A DNA stretch of 64,000 nucleotides from a virus, in IMG/VR virus record IMGVR_UViG_3300006793_000026, positions 4,956 to 68,955 of that record; one strand, written 5' to 3'. This document shows, piece by piece, positions 1 through 7,800 of this stretch. Below the pieces are notes generated by a model, which saw only the letters and a program-made list of their open reading frames with translations, was not told the origin of the DNA and did no database searches. Made by a program: the position numbers and the translations under genes. The stretch's first letter is position 1. Each line of letters begins with the position of its first letter.

Positions 1-123
1 CTGCCTACTCCGGCTAATCCGTATGCTGCGGTCGGTTGGTTACTCAATGAGGACTTCAAACGGTTTATGGCTCCCGGCAGAATTAGGCCATCACAATATC
101 AAGGCTATTATGCCACGCTGTAG
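1..123 (+). CDS. 3' end of an ORF truncated by the window edge
   Basis: Frame 1 is open from base 1 (LPTPANPYAAVG...YYATL) to TAG at 121-123, followed by an SD-like GAGG before ATG 135. Confidence 0.5.
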   Translation: MPTPANPYAAVGWLLNEDFKRFMAPGRIRPSQYQGYYATL

Positions 124-134
124 AAAGAGGTAAG

Positions 135-800
135 ATGTATTTCCCACATAACATAATTGACATTGGTCACCAAGATCTCATATGTGAGACTAAGAAGACT
201 GGACGCACGTACGAGACTCCTGATGGGAAGAAGTATCCTTCGATTACCACGGTCTTGTCGATCCTATCAAAGGATGCGATTGAAGCATGGCGCAAACGCG
301 TTGGCTACGAGAAGGCCAACAAGATCTCAGCTCAGGCTGCACGTCGTGGTACACTGACTCACGATGCACTTGAGTCACTCGTTAAGAATATTGAACCAAC
401 TCTTGAGACTCCGCTCATTGAGTTCCTCTATAAGCAAGTCGCATACGTCCTCGAAGAGCGATTGACCGAAGTCAATGCCATCGAAGCTGCATTATACTCC
501 CACTATTTGGGTGTGGCCGGACGTGTCGATCTCATCGGTGAGTTTGATGGTAAGCGGTCGATCATCGACTTTAAGACATCATCGAAACCGAAGTCACGTA
601 AGTACATCGATAACTATTTCATGCAAGAGTCATTCTATGCCATTGCGTGGGAGGAGTTAACCGGTGAACCTATCAGCCAACTCGTTACGATTATCGCTAA
701 CGAAGAGACCCCACGGCCTCAGGTCTTTATCGAGAAGCGTAGCGATTGGCAACAACCCCTGATGGATACGATCAACTTATGGAGAGAACAGAATGGCTGA
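135..800 (+). CDS. PD-(D/E)XK (Cas4-like) exonuclease of T4-like phages
   Basis: YPSITTVLS, RGT..H, AGRVD and IIDFKTS motifs, and Q...Y helix. Confidence 0.85.
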   Translation: MYFPHNIIDIGHQDLICETKKTGRTYETPDGKKYPSITTVLSILSKDAIEAWRKRVGYEKANKISAQAARRGTLTHDALESLVKNIEPTLETPLIEFLYKQVAYVLEERLTEVNAIEAALYSHYLGVAGRVDLIGEFDGKRSIIDFKTSSKPKSRKYIDNYFMQESFYAIAWEELTGEPISQLVTIIANEETPRPQVFIEKRSDWQQPLMDTINLWREQNG

Positions 801-966
801 TTCATTTGCAAAACTAGCTGAGTACATACGCCTCGTCGACGAGTTTAACCTGAAGTCGAGCCGTGAATATAATGGACAAGACTCACGCAAGATACGTAAT
901 ACCGAACTGCGTGAGATCGTAGAACGTATTGAAGACACCAAAGAGGAAATCATCAATGGATTGTAA
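793..966 (+). CDS. small hypothetical protein (57 aa, MADSFAKLAEY...INGL)
   Basis: Read by hand. GGAG SD upstream; fills the gap between the exonuclease and guaC with overlapping ends. Confidence 0.6.
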   Translation: MADSFAKLAEYIRLVDEFNLKSSREYNGQDSRKIRNTELREIVERIEDTKEEIINGL

Positions 967-2035
967 GCTCGACTATAAAGACGTGTTGATCGTACCACGT
1001 GCGTCAGACATTGATTCACGCAAAGAGGTCGAGACCTATAACCTCGATACAGGATTCGGACCTATCTGTGCTGCAAACATGGATGGCGTTGGTACGTTTG
1101 AGATGGCAGAGGTCTTAAGTCAGTATGACTGTCTTACGTTCCTTAACAAGTCGTACAGCATCGATGAAATCTTTGAGTTTGCCAAGGCATCACCCAGCGT
1201 ATTCAGACACTGCGTAGTTACGGTCGGTACAAGTAACCGCGACATTGAGAATCTATATGCCCTTTCTGAAACGATGACACTTCCATATATCTGCGTCGAT
1301 GTCGCGAATGGATACCTCGAGAAGCTATTGACTGTGGTCGAGGAGCTGTCTCATACGTTCGAAGAGTCATTTATCATCGCGGGTAATGTAGTGACTGCGT
1401 CACAGACTGAAGCTTTGATACGAGCTGGTGCTAATGCTGTCAAGGTAGGAATCGGTCCTGGGTCAGTGTGTACGACTCGTATTCAAACCGGTGTTGGTTA
1501 CCCTCAACTGTCTGCGGTACAAGAGTGTGCGGCCGTGGCTGATCCGTTAGGTGGAATGATCATCGCGGATGGCGGTTGTACCACACCGGGTGATGTGTCA
1601 AAGGCGTTGGTTGCTGGTGCTGATCTGGTTATGCTCGGTGGCATGTTGGCTGGCCACGACGAAGGTGGTGGTGAGGTTATCACACGATACTTCAAGACCG
1701 GTGAGGTTCGTGCTCAAACATACTTCCATGGTGATGTGGATGTGTTCGAGTGTGGATGGGATGATGTGATCGAAGAACGTCAGTTCGTTAAGTTCTATGG
1801 TATGAGTTCACGTGCTGCAAACGACAAACACAATGGTGGTCTTCGTGAGTATCGTTGTGCTGAAGGTCGTGAGGTCATTGTACCATATCGTGGATCTGTC
1901 ATCAACACTCTCGATGATCTGTTCGGTGGAATCCGTTCGACATGTACGTACGTTGGTGCACGGTCAGTCGGTGACCTACCAAGACTAGGTCGGTTTGTTC
2001 GATGCGGCGATACACACAATCGGGTATACGAATAA
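956..2035 (+). CDS. guaC: GMP reductase (auxiliary metabolic gene)
   Basis: [35 protein letters not shown] (catalytic Cys), [20 protein letters not shown]; likely start ATG 956. Confidence 0.92.
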   Translation: MDCKLDYKDVLIVPRASDIDSRKEVETYNLDTGFGPICAANMDGVGTFEMAEVLSQYDCLTFLNKSYSIDEIFEFAKASPSVFRHCVVTVGTSNRDIENLYALSETMTLPYICVDVANGYLEKLLTVVEELSHTFEESFIIAGNVVTASQTEALIRAGANAVKVGIGPGSVCTTRIQTGVGYPQLSAVQECAAVADPLGGMIIADGGCTTPGDVSKALVAGADLVMLGGMLAGHDEGGGEVITRYFKTGEVRAQTYFHGDVDVFECGWDDVIEERQFVKFYGMSSRAANDKHNGGLREYRCAEGREVIVPYRGSVINTLDDLFGGIRSTCTYVGARSVGDLPRLGRFVRCGDTHNRVYE

Positions 2036-2041
2036 TATCAA

Positions 2042-2118
2042 GCGCCCATAGCTCAGCTGGCCAGAGCGTCCGACTTTTAATCGGAATGTCGTAGGTTCGA
2101 ATCCTACTGGGCGTACCA
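2042..2118 (+). tRNA. tRNA-Lys(TTT)
   Basis: Acceptor stem GCGCCCA/TGGGCGT, D-arm GCTC..GAGC, anticodon stem TCCGA/TCGGA with loop CTTTTAA, GGTTCGAATCC T-arm, encoded CCA. Confidence 0.95.
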
Positions 2119-2147
2119 AACTTTTTGCAAAAAGTGCACATTAACTG

Positions 2148-2176
2148 TGTACAAGACCGCCAAAGTGTGGTATACT
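2148..2176 (+). promoter_or_regulatory. early (sigma70-type) promoter
   Basis: TGTACA-17nt-TATACT; one of nine copies with identical spacing. Confidence 0.85.
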
Positions 2177-2205
2177 GTATATATAATAATAATGAGGATT
2201 ATATT

Positions 2206-2435
2206 ATGGCCAAATTTTACTGTCAAGCGAACAGCCGGAGTCAAAAAGAAGTAGCGATCTTTGAGATGCTCGAGAAAGCCAGTGACTATCTTGTTGAGAC
2301 TCTTGGTCTCCAAGACTATCTTAAAGAAGTCCGGATCGAACGGATGAACGGCTGTGTACAAACACGGTCGATCCACAAACACCTGAAGGTAGGAAGTGGG
2401 CAGGCGTAGCAAGCCTAGAGGATTTCTTTGCGTAA
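2206..2435 (+). pseudogene. early ORF (MAKFYCQ...) joined out of frame to the C-terminal remnant ...VDPQTPEGRKWAGVASLEDFFA*
   Basis: The annotated frame stops at TAG 2407-2409; an overlapping frame ends in an SLEDFF clamp-binding-like tail at TAA 2433-2435. Confidence 0.5.
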
Positions 2436-2440
2436 TGAGT
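2406..2440 (+). repeat. 35-bp direct repeat, left copy
   Basis: GTAGCAAGCCTAGAGGATTTCTTTGCGTAATGAGT; 34/35 identical to 3184-3218. Confidence 0.95.
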
Positions 2441-2448
2441 AATTCCTT

Positions 2449-2456
2449 TATAAATA
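2449..2456 (+). promoter_or_regulatory. T4-type late promoter
   Basis: TATAAATA upstream of the kinase ORF. Confidence 0.8.
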
Positions 2457-2490
2457 TTTAGCATTCACATATACTAAGAAAGGTATCGTC

Positions 2491-3159
2491 ATGAAGACGC
2501 TTATGGATTATCTAAAAGAAGGACCAAATGATCCTTCAATATTTAAAGCAATATTTTTGGCGGGTGGTCCTGGTTCAGGTAAATCATTTATGGTTGGCGA
2601 AACTGCTTTAACAGCTCATGGATTTAAAATTGTGAATTCAGACGATATGTTTGAAGCAGCCATGAAAAAAGCTGGATTGACAATGGATCCTGAAACTATC
2701 TTCTCTGCACAAGGACAAGCAATAAGAGACAGAGCAAAGAAACTAACGGGAATGCGACTCGATCAATGGGTTGAAGGTCGTATGGGTTTGGTTATTGATG
2801 GCACAGGAAAAGATGCTGAAAAAATCAAAGGGCAAGCACAAGAATTGCAATCGCTAGGATATGAAGTGGCAATGATATTTGTAAACACAGATTTGGAAAC
2901 TGCCCTTTCTAGAAACCAAGCAAGACAGCGGTCATTGCCTGATGCAACGGTTAAAAAAATGTGGAAAGATGTTCAAAATAATATTGGAAGATTTCAGGGG
3001 CTGTTCGGACAAAATCTTTTAATTCTCGATAACTCTGAAGGAGAACAGTGGAAAAAATCTGCACAGGCTGGTTATAAATGGGGTAAGAAGTTTGCTGAGA
3101 AACCTGTGAGTCGAAGAGCAATGCACTGGATCTCTTCTTTTAGGGATAAACAAAAATAA
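2491..3159 (+). CDS. P-loop kinase (zeta-toxin/AAA_33-like fold)
   Basis: FLAGGPGSGKS Walker A, VNSDD, LVIDGTG, RNxxRxR lid; AT-rich codon usage. Confidence 0.8.
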   Translation: MKTLMDYLKEGPNDPSIFKAIFLAGGPGSGKSFMVGETALTAHGFKIVNSDDMFEAAMKKAGLTMDPETIFSAQGQAIRDRAKKLTGMRLDQWVEGRMGLVIDGTGKDAEKIKGQAQELQSLGYEVAMIFVNTDLETALSRNQARQRSLPDATVKKMWKDVQNNIGRFQGLFGQNLLILDNSEGEQWKKSAQAGYKWGKKFAEKPVSRRAMHWISSFRDKQK

Positions 3160-3183
3160 AGCTAACGGAAAAAGATTACAAGT

Positions 3184-3218
3184 GTAGCAAGCCTAGAGGA
3201 TTTCTTTGCGTGATGAGT
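3184..3218 (+). repeat. 35-bp direct repeat, right copy
   Basis: GTAGCAAGCCTAGAGGATTTCTTTGCGTGATGAGT. Confidence 0.95.
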
Positions 3219-3353
3219 GATGAGTTGAAGGAAATGTACCGAGTGTACTACGAGAACGTACGTCGGTGTCAGGAGATGTGTAACCACGATATTGTGGATG
3301 GTTATTGTTTCCTATGTAATAAGTTTTTTGATGGAGAAGAGAATGAAGTTTAA
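3213..3353 (+). CDS. small Cys-rich protein (46 aa, possible Zn finger)
   Basis: Read by hand: MSDELKEMY...CNHDIVDGYCFLCNK...; start in a TGATG overlap, end overlaps the next ATG. Confidence 0.55.
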   Translation: MSDELKEMYRVYYENVRRCQEMCNHDIVDGYCFLCNKFFDGEENEV

Positions 3354-4020
3354 GGGATACGAATACCCCAAAGGGGAGAAGCACACTGCTGAGTCCATCT
3401 ACAATGAATGGAATAACAAAGGTGCTCAGATCTTGGACCTACTCGAGCGTATCGATGCTCCTGAGACTGGTTCGGCTATTCAGGCCGGTGCCAACTGTGG
3501 TTACTTCCCGGTTCAGTTGGCCAAGGCGTTTGACCACGTGGTTACGTTCGAGCCACTGCCCGAGCTGTATAAGCTTGCCAAGAAGAACATCGAGAAGCAC
3601 GGTGGTGACAACATCACTCTGTTGAATATGGGACTTGGTCGTGAGGCTGACTCTGCATCAATCACGTTCACCGAAGAGGGTAACTGTGGTGCAACAGGTC
3701 TCACTGCAGATGCAGATGGTGAGCTAGAGCTCATGAGCATCGACAACCTTTATCTGAGTGACTGCCTGCTAATCTGGCTTGACATTGAAGGTATGGAAGC
3801 CGAAGCACTACGTGGAGCTGAGAATACCATTAATCGCTGTCGTCCATTGATCGTGGTCGAGAATAAAGGTCTCATTCACGGGTTCGATAGTGAAGGCGAA
3901 GGCCAGGAACTGCGTCAGGGTAACTCATACTTCAGACGTTGGTTTGAGAAAGAGTATGGCTACAAGCGTATTACTCGCCTGATGCGTGATGATGTGTTTA
4001 TCCCAGCGGAGTACTTGTAA
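3343..4020 (+). CDS. FkbM-family SAM methyltransferase
   Basis: AIQAGANCGYF, VVTFEP, LIWLDIEGME, RPLIVVE motifs; likely start ATG 3343. Confidence 0.85.
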   Translation: MKFKGYEYPKGEKHTAESIYNEWNNKGAQILDLLERIDAPETGSAIQAGANCGYFPVQLAKAFDHVVTFEPLPELYKLAKKNIEKHGGDNITLLNMGLGREADSASITFTEEGNCGATGLTADADGELELMSIDNLYLSDCLLIWLDIEGMEAEALRGAENTINRCRPLIVVENKGLIHGFDSEGEGQELRQGNSYFRRWFEKEYGYKRITRLMRDDVFIPAEYL

Positions 4021-4484
4021 TGCGTCTATCGAAGAACTTTATGTTGGCTGAGTTCGAGAAGTCACAAACAGCTATTCGACTCGGCTATAACAACGAGGTA
4101 CCTCCTCAACACCTACCGAGCCTTCGGTCACTGGTTGACAACGTGTTACAGCCAGTCCGTGATGAGTTCGGTCCAGTCCAGATCTCGTCAGGCTATCGTT
4201 CGAAGTTCTTGAACACCGCTATCGGTGGTTCGACGCGATCACAGCATTGCAGCGGTCAAGCGGCCGACTTCGAAGTACCAGGTGTATCGAACTATGATCT
4301 GGCAACATGGATCCGTGACAATCTCACCTTCGATCAGCTGATCCTTGAAGGTCATCGTAAGTATGTCATAGGATCTGGATGGGTTCACTGTTCGTTCACT
4401 GACTTCGGGCCCAATAGAAAGGACGTACTGACAGCTACGTTCGTCAATGGTAAAGCAACATACACAAGAGGATTATCAGAATGA
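4020..4484 (+). CDS. peptidase M15A (endolysin-like Zn peptidase)
   Basis: LSKNF, ISSGYR, SQHxxGQAAD, WVHCS: all Zn ligands are intact. Confidence 0.88.
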   Translation: MRLSKNFMLAEFEKSQTAIRLGYNNEVPPQHLPSLRSLVDNVLQPVRDEFGPVQISSGYRSKFLNTAIGGSTRSQHCSGQAADFEVPGVSNYDLATWIRDNLTFDQLILEGHRKYVIGSGWVHCSFTDFGPNRKDVLTATFVNGKATYTRGLSE

Positions 4485-4690
4485 ATATGCTACTCGACTT
4501 CGCACTAGACTATCTGGGCTTTGCACTCATGGTATGTGGTTTTATCCTTGGTGCTCGTACGTTGACAAGTATCGTCATGGACCTCAAGAATGCAGTTCAG
4601 TCATGGAGAGACATTGATCTTGAGGATTGGGTTGACCTTGTCGTCAGTGCGGTGTTTCTACTCGTAGGACGCTTATTGACTCTGTACTAA
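4481..4690 (+). CDS. small two-TM membrane protein (holin candidate)
   Basis: Two hydrophobic stretches; overlaps the M15 stop. Confidence 0.5.
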   Translation: MNMLLDFALDYLGFALMVCGFILGARTLTSIVMDLKNAVQSWRDIDLEDWVDLVVSAVFLLVGRLLTLY

Positions 4691-4698
4691 AATAACTG

Positions 4699-4727
4699 TG
4701 TACAAACGATCCAAAGCGTGGTATACT
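4699..4727 (+). promoter_or_regulatory. early promoter
   Basis: TGTACA-17nt-TATACT, with ATG 6 nt after the -10. Confidence 0.85.
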
Positions 4728-4733
4728 GGTTAT

Positions 4734-5375
4734 ATGATGAGAAACCTTGACAACAAGACGAAGATCGGTTTGGCTATATCAGTCGGCCTACCGATCTATA
4801 TGAGTATGGCCACACTCGTTAGTGCCTTGGCTGAAGAAACACCAAGAGAACCAGACCACGTGGTCATCATGTCAGAAGGTGTGATCGAGCCATCCTCGGA
4901 GGTATCTGCTACGGTTGACTACGTTCCTATGGTATACCACTATAACGACACGAACCGTCGTCTGTATCAAGAGACCGATATCATCAGTGAGATCGGCGAA
5001 GATGTAGATGACCGTGAAGAGTTGCTATGTATGGCAATCAACATTTACCATGAAGCTCGCGGATCAACCACCGAAGACCAGATTGCTGTGGCTGAAGTCG
5101 TCAAGAACCGCACAGCGGATTGGCGTTGGCCTGACACTGTATGTGATGTCGTATGGGACAATAAGCAATTCTCATGGACACACGATGGACTCAGCGACAT
5201 GCCACGTGAAGATCGTGCATGGGAAACCAGCCAGTACATTGCCTGGCTCAGCCTGAACAATATGGTCGAGAATCCAGTCGGTAACGCCAACCACTACCAT
5301 ACAACTGAGATTGATCCGTACTGGAGTGTTTCGGCACGACAGCAGGTTGGCTCACATTTCTACATGGAAATGTAA
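4734..5375 (+). CDS. SleB-like cell wall hydrolase (Hydrolase_2) with N-terminal signal/TM segment
   Basis: CMAINIYHEARG, VAEVVKNR, PDTVCDVV, QFSW, HYH, GSHFY. Confidence 0.88.
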   Translation: MMRNLDNKTKIGLAISVGLPIYMSMATLVSALAEETPREPDHVVIMSEGVIEPSSEVSATVDYVPMVYHYNDTNRRLYQETDIISEIGEDVDDREELLCMAINIYHEARGSTTEDQIAVAEVVKNRTADWRWPDTVCDVVWDNKQFSWTHDGLSDMPREDRAWETSQYIAWLSLNNMVENPVGNANHYHTTEIDPYWSVSARQQVGSHFYMEM

Positions 5376-5383
5376 ATTAGTTG

Positions 5384-5412
5384 TGTACAATACCATCGAA
5401 ATGTGATATACT
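5384..5412 (+). promoter_or_regulatory. early promoter
   Basis: TGTACA-17nt-TATACT. Confidence 0.85.
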
Positions 5413-5438
5413 GGTATTATGATTGAATAGGAGTTACT

Positions 5439-6554
5439 ATGGCAGCAAAGAAGAAGAACAAGAAGTCTACCGGACCGACACTCTCTCGTAAGTACGATAC
5501 TAAGTATATCGGTAACGAGATGGAGTTCGACAAGGTTAACTTCGACACTCTGAGTGAACGTGACCGCCGACTGATGCAAAGTCAGGCACTCAACTGGTAT
5601 GCGTACATGTATGACGTCAAGAAGGATTACCGTGACGTCATCAAGGCGTACGCCAAAGAGTTGGGTTGGTCTGCCGCAGACATCACAGGTCTCAATGGTA
5701 TTCAGTTCGAGAACGAACACACTGGCTTCATGAAGCTGGTTCGTATGTACCAACTCGGATGGAAACTCGATGAGCGTGAGGCTGGTCACGTGAGTAACCT
5801 TATGGCCAGACTCAAAGGACTGGTCACCGAAGCTCGTAAGTCAGTGGCTGATACAAAGCCACGTGCTGTTCGTAAGGTATATGACTCTGACACACAGATC
5901 CTCTACGAACTCGAGTATGACTTCGAGGATGTGGTTATCGAGAACAAAGAGATTCCTGAGTTCAATCTCTATGATCGTATTCGTACCTTCAATCCATCAC
6001 GTACCATACTCAATGGTGTTGTTCGTGAGTGGTTAGAAGGTCGTATCGCTGAAGCCAAGACCGCTGAGTCCAAAGAGACCTATGGTGTTCGGTTCCAGAA
6101 GAAACTAGTCAAAGCGTACGAGGCCATGGTCGTTGATCTGGATCGTTCGTTGGTCACTCCGAAGCGTGTGTCAAAACCCCGGGTCAAGAAGAAGACCCCC
6201 GCGGTTCGTCAGATACGTGACCTCAAATATCTCAAAGAGTCGTCCGAATACAAGGTGGTGTCTATCAATCCTGAGAAGGTTGTGGGCGCAAACAACGTCC
6301 TTGTGTTCAACACTAAATACCGAAAGCTCATATGGTACTTCAGTACTGGCGGGTTTGAGGTATCGGGTACTTCGTTGAAGGGTGCGAATAGTTCCGCCCA
6401 GAAGACCCTCCGTAAGCCTGAAGAACAGCTTCAGGCCTTCCTGAAAACTGATGCTAAGACCAAGTTGACAAAGGCTTTTGCGACCATCAAGTCAAGTGAG
6501 TCACAAGCATCCGGTCGTCTGAATGACAACTGCATAATTATGAAAGCGTTCTAA
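5439..6554 (+). CDS. conserved basic hypothetical protein of T4-like phages
   Basis: 371-aa ORF with AGGAG SD; C-terminal SINPEKVVGA..VFNTKYRKL..KTLRKPEEQL..GRLN block. Confidence 0.75.
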   Translation: MAAKKKNKKSTGPTLSRKYDTKYIGNEMEFDKVNFDTLSERDRRLMQSQALNWYAYMYDVKKDYRDVIKAYAKELGWSAADITGLNGIQFENEHTGFMKLVRMYQLGWKLDEREAGHVSNLMARLKGLVTEARKSVADTKPRAVRKVYDSDTQILYELEYDFEDVVIENKEIPEFNLYDRIRTFNPSRTILNGVVREWLEGRIAEAKTAESKETYGVRFQKKLVKAYEAMVVDLDRSLVTPKRVSKPRVKKKTPAVRQIRDLKYLKESSEYKVVSINPEKVVGANNVLVFNTKYRKLIWYFSTGGFEVSGTSLKGANSSAQKTLRKPEEQLQAFLKTDAKTKLTKAFATIKSSESQASGRLNDNCIIMKAF

Positions 6555-6781
6555 TGGTAAGTTTATTAATATTTGGCCTGTGTGTGATTGGGAGTACGTG
6601 TATCTCCAAGATACTGTCTGGGTGGATTTACCACTTCGATCTTCAACGGACCCTGGACGAGAATGATGTTGAAGTTGAAGATGCAGTTGTGATGACACCT
6701 GTATCACCAGGTATCTTACTTCTTGACCGGTTCATCGTCTTCTCGTTGTCGTTCATCAGCCTTTCACTGTTGTGGAAATAG
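6554..6781 (+). CDS. small membrane protein
   Basis: Two hydrophobic ends; TAATG coupling. Confidence 0.55.
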   Translation: MVSLLIFGLCVIGSTCISKILSGWIYHFDLQRTLDENDVEVEDAVVMTPVSPGILLLDRFIVFSLSFISLSLLWK

Positions 6782-6782
6782 T

Positions 6783-6872
6783 ATGAATAGTTTTGAAGCC
6801 ACAATGGCTGTCTTCGCAGTCGTCCTAGTTATCTATGGCGTGATATTCGCTACATTTGGAGTTATAATATGA
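6783..6872 (+). CDS. 29-aa single-TM protein
   Basis: Read by hand: MNSFEATMAVFAVVLVIYGVIFATFGVII; ATGA overlap with gp33. Confidence 0.5.
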   Translation: MNSFEATMAVFAVVLVIYGVIFATFGVII

Positions 6873-7144
6873 AACTACGTAAGGTTGAAATTGAACGCTT
6901 GACCGATGAGTCAGACGCAAAGCTACTGACAAAGAAGCAGTTCAGCAGCTTGGTCGTCAACATCAAGAAAGAGTATGAGGTCGGGACAATTGAAGCTGTG
7001 CTTCAGGTATGTGAAGAACGTTCTATCGATCCTGAAGACGTAAAGAATCTAATCGATCCTACCGTACGTGGGATGATTGAATAGGAGGCATTGGCTCTCA
7101 ATCTGTTGAGAGGTAGTAAGGCATCACTCGGTGCATTTCTGTAA
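6869..7144 (+). CDS. gp33: late transcription co-activator gp33, with in-frame TAG at 7082-7084
   Basis: FSSLV..IEAVLQVCEE.SIDPE core; the frame continues past TAG as EALALNLLRGSKASLGAFL*; gp33-gp59-gp32 synteny. Confidence 0.8.
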
Positions 7145-7151
7145 TTGACTG

Positions 7152-7180
7152 TGTACAATCCCTTCAATATGTGATAGAAT
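7152..7180 (+). promoter_or_regulatory. early promoter
   Basis: TGTACA-17nt-TAGAAT, with ATG 6 nt after the -10. Confidence 0.85.
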
Positions 7181-7186
7181 AATAGT

Positions 7187-7777
7187 ATGACGCCTTTCGA
7201 AGCATACCGTATCTATATTGCTGTGTCCACTCATTTTTCGAGTGACAGTTACGACATTCACAAGTACAACGGACGTGCGAATGTCAGTGAGTCCTCATTC
7301 TTGAGGAGACGTGATGCTTCGTTCTTTTACCGTGCCCCGAAGATATACAAGACGCAAGACAAGTGGACAAAGGCCATCGTTGCGTGTACACTTCAGGACA
7401 AGGGTTATGTTGCTGATGTGTTGAGTTCAGATGACATAGTAGACGAGTTCATGGTACGACGTGAGAATATGTCACGCCATTATCAAGACGATCTTCGTGA
7501 TCTCCTTGACATCACTCGTAAGCTTGACCATCTGTTCATACAGGATTATGATACCACCGATCCGGTCATCATATCGAAGATACATCACGGCGAAATCAGT
7601 TATGAGTCAGCGGTTTTAATGGATATGGTTTTCCGTTGGCTCAACAAGGCTCGTAGTAGTGACACACTGCTCTGGCCAACCACACGTAAGAAGTTGATCA
7701 AGTACCGGTCATTCTTCAATATCGATGTGGATAAATATAAAGACCTTACTGCTAAGGTCATCAAAAATCATATTTAG
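7187..7777 (+). CDS. gp59: helicase loader gp59
   Basis: FEAYRIY...HF..DSYDIHKYNG...F.RRRD..FF N-terminus, and synteny. Confidence 0.85.
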   Translation: MTPFEAYRIYIAVSTHFSSDSYDIHKYNGRANVSESSFLRRRDASFFYRAPKIYKTQDKWTKAIVACTLQDKGYVADVLSSDDIVDEFMVRRENMSRHYQDDLRDLLDITRKLDHLFIQDYDTTDPVIISKIHHGEISYESAVLMDMVFRWLNKARSSDTLLWPTTRKKLIKYRSFFNIDVDKYKDLTAKVIKNHI

Positions 7778-7800
7778 TCGATAGTTAAAAGGAAAATAAT

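Noticed and set aside
135-800. CRISPR-Cas system suggested by the Cas4-like nuclease
   Set aside because: No repeat-spacer array or other cas genes are visible; solo PD-(D/E)XK exonucleases are common in T4-like phages
2491-3159. Zeta/epsilon toxin-antitoxin module
   Set aside because: No antitoxin ORF inside the repeat-bounded cassette; similarity is only at the P-loop kinase fold level
7082-7084. Genome-wide TAG reassignment (genetic code 15)
   Set aside because: TAG ends conserved genes at their expected C-termini (gp59 7777, gp17 41319, gp21 46677, uvsW 51948), and the long core genes have no internal TAG
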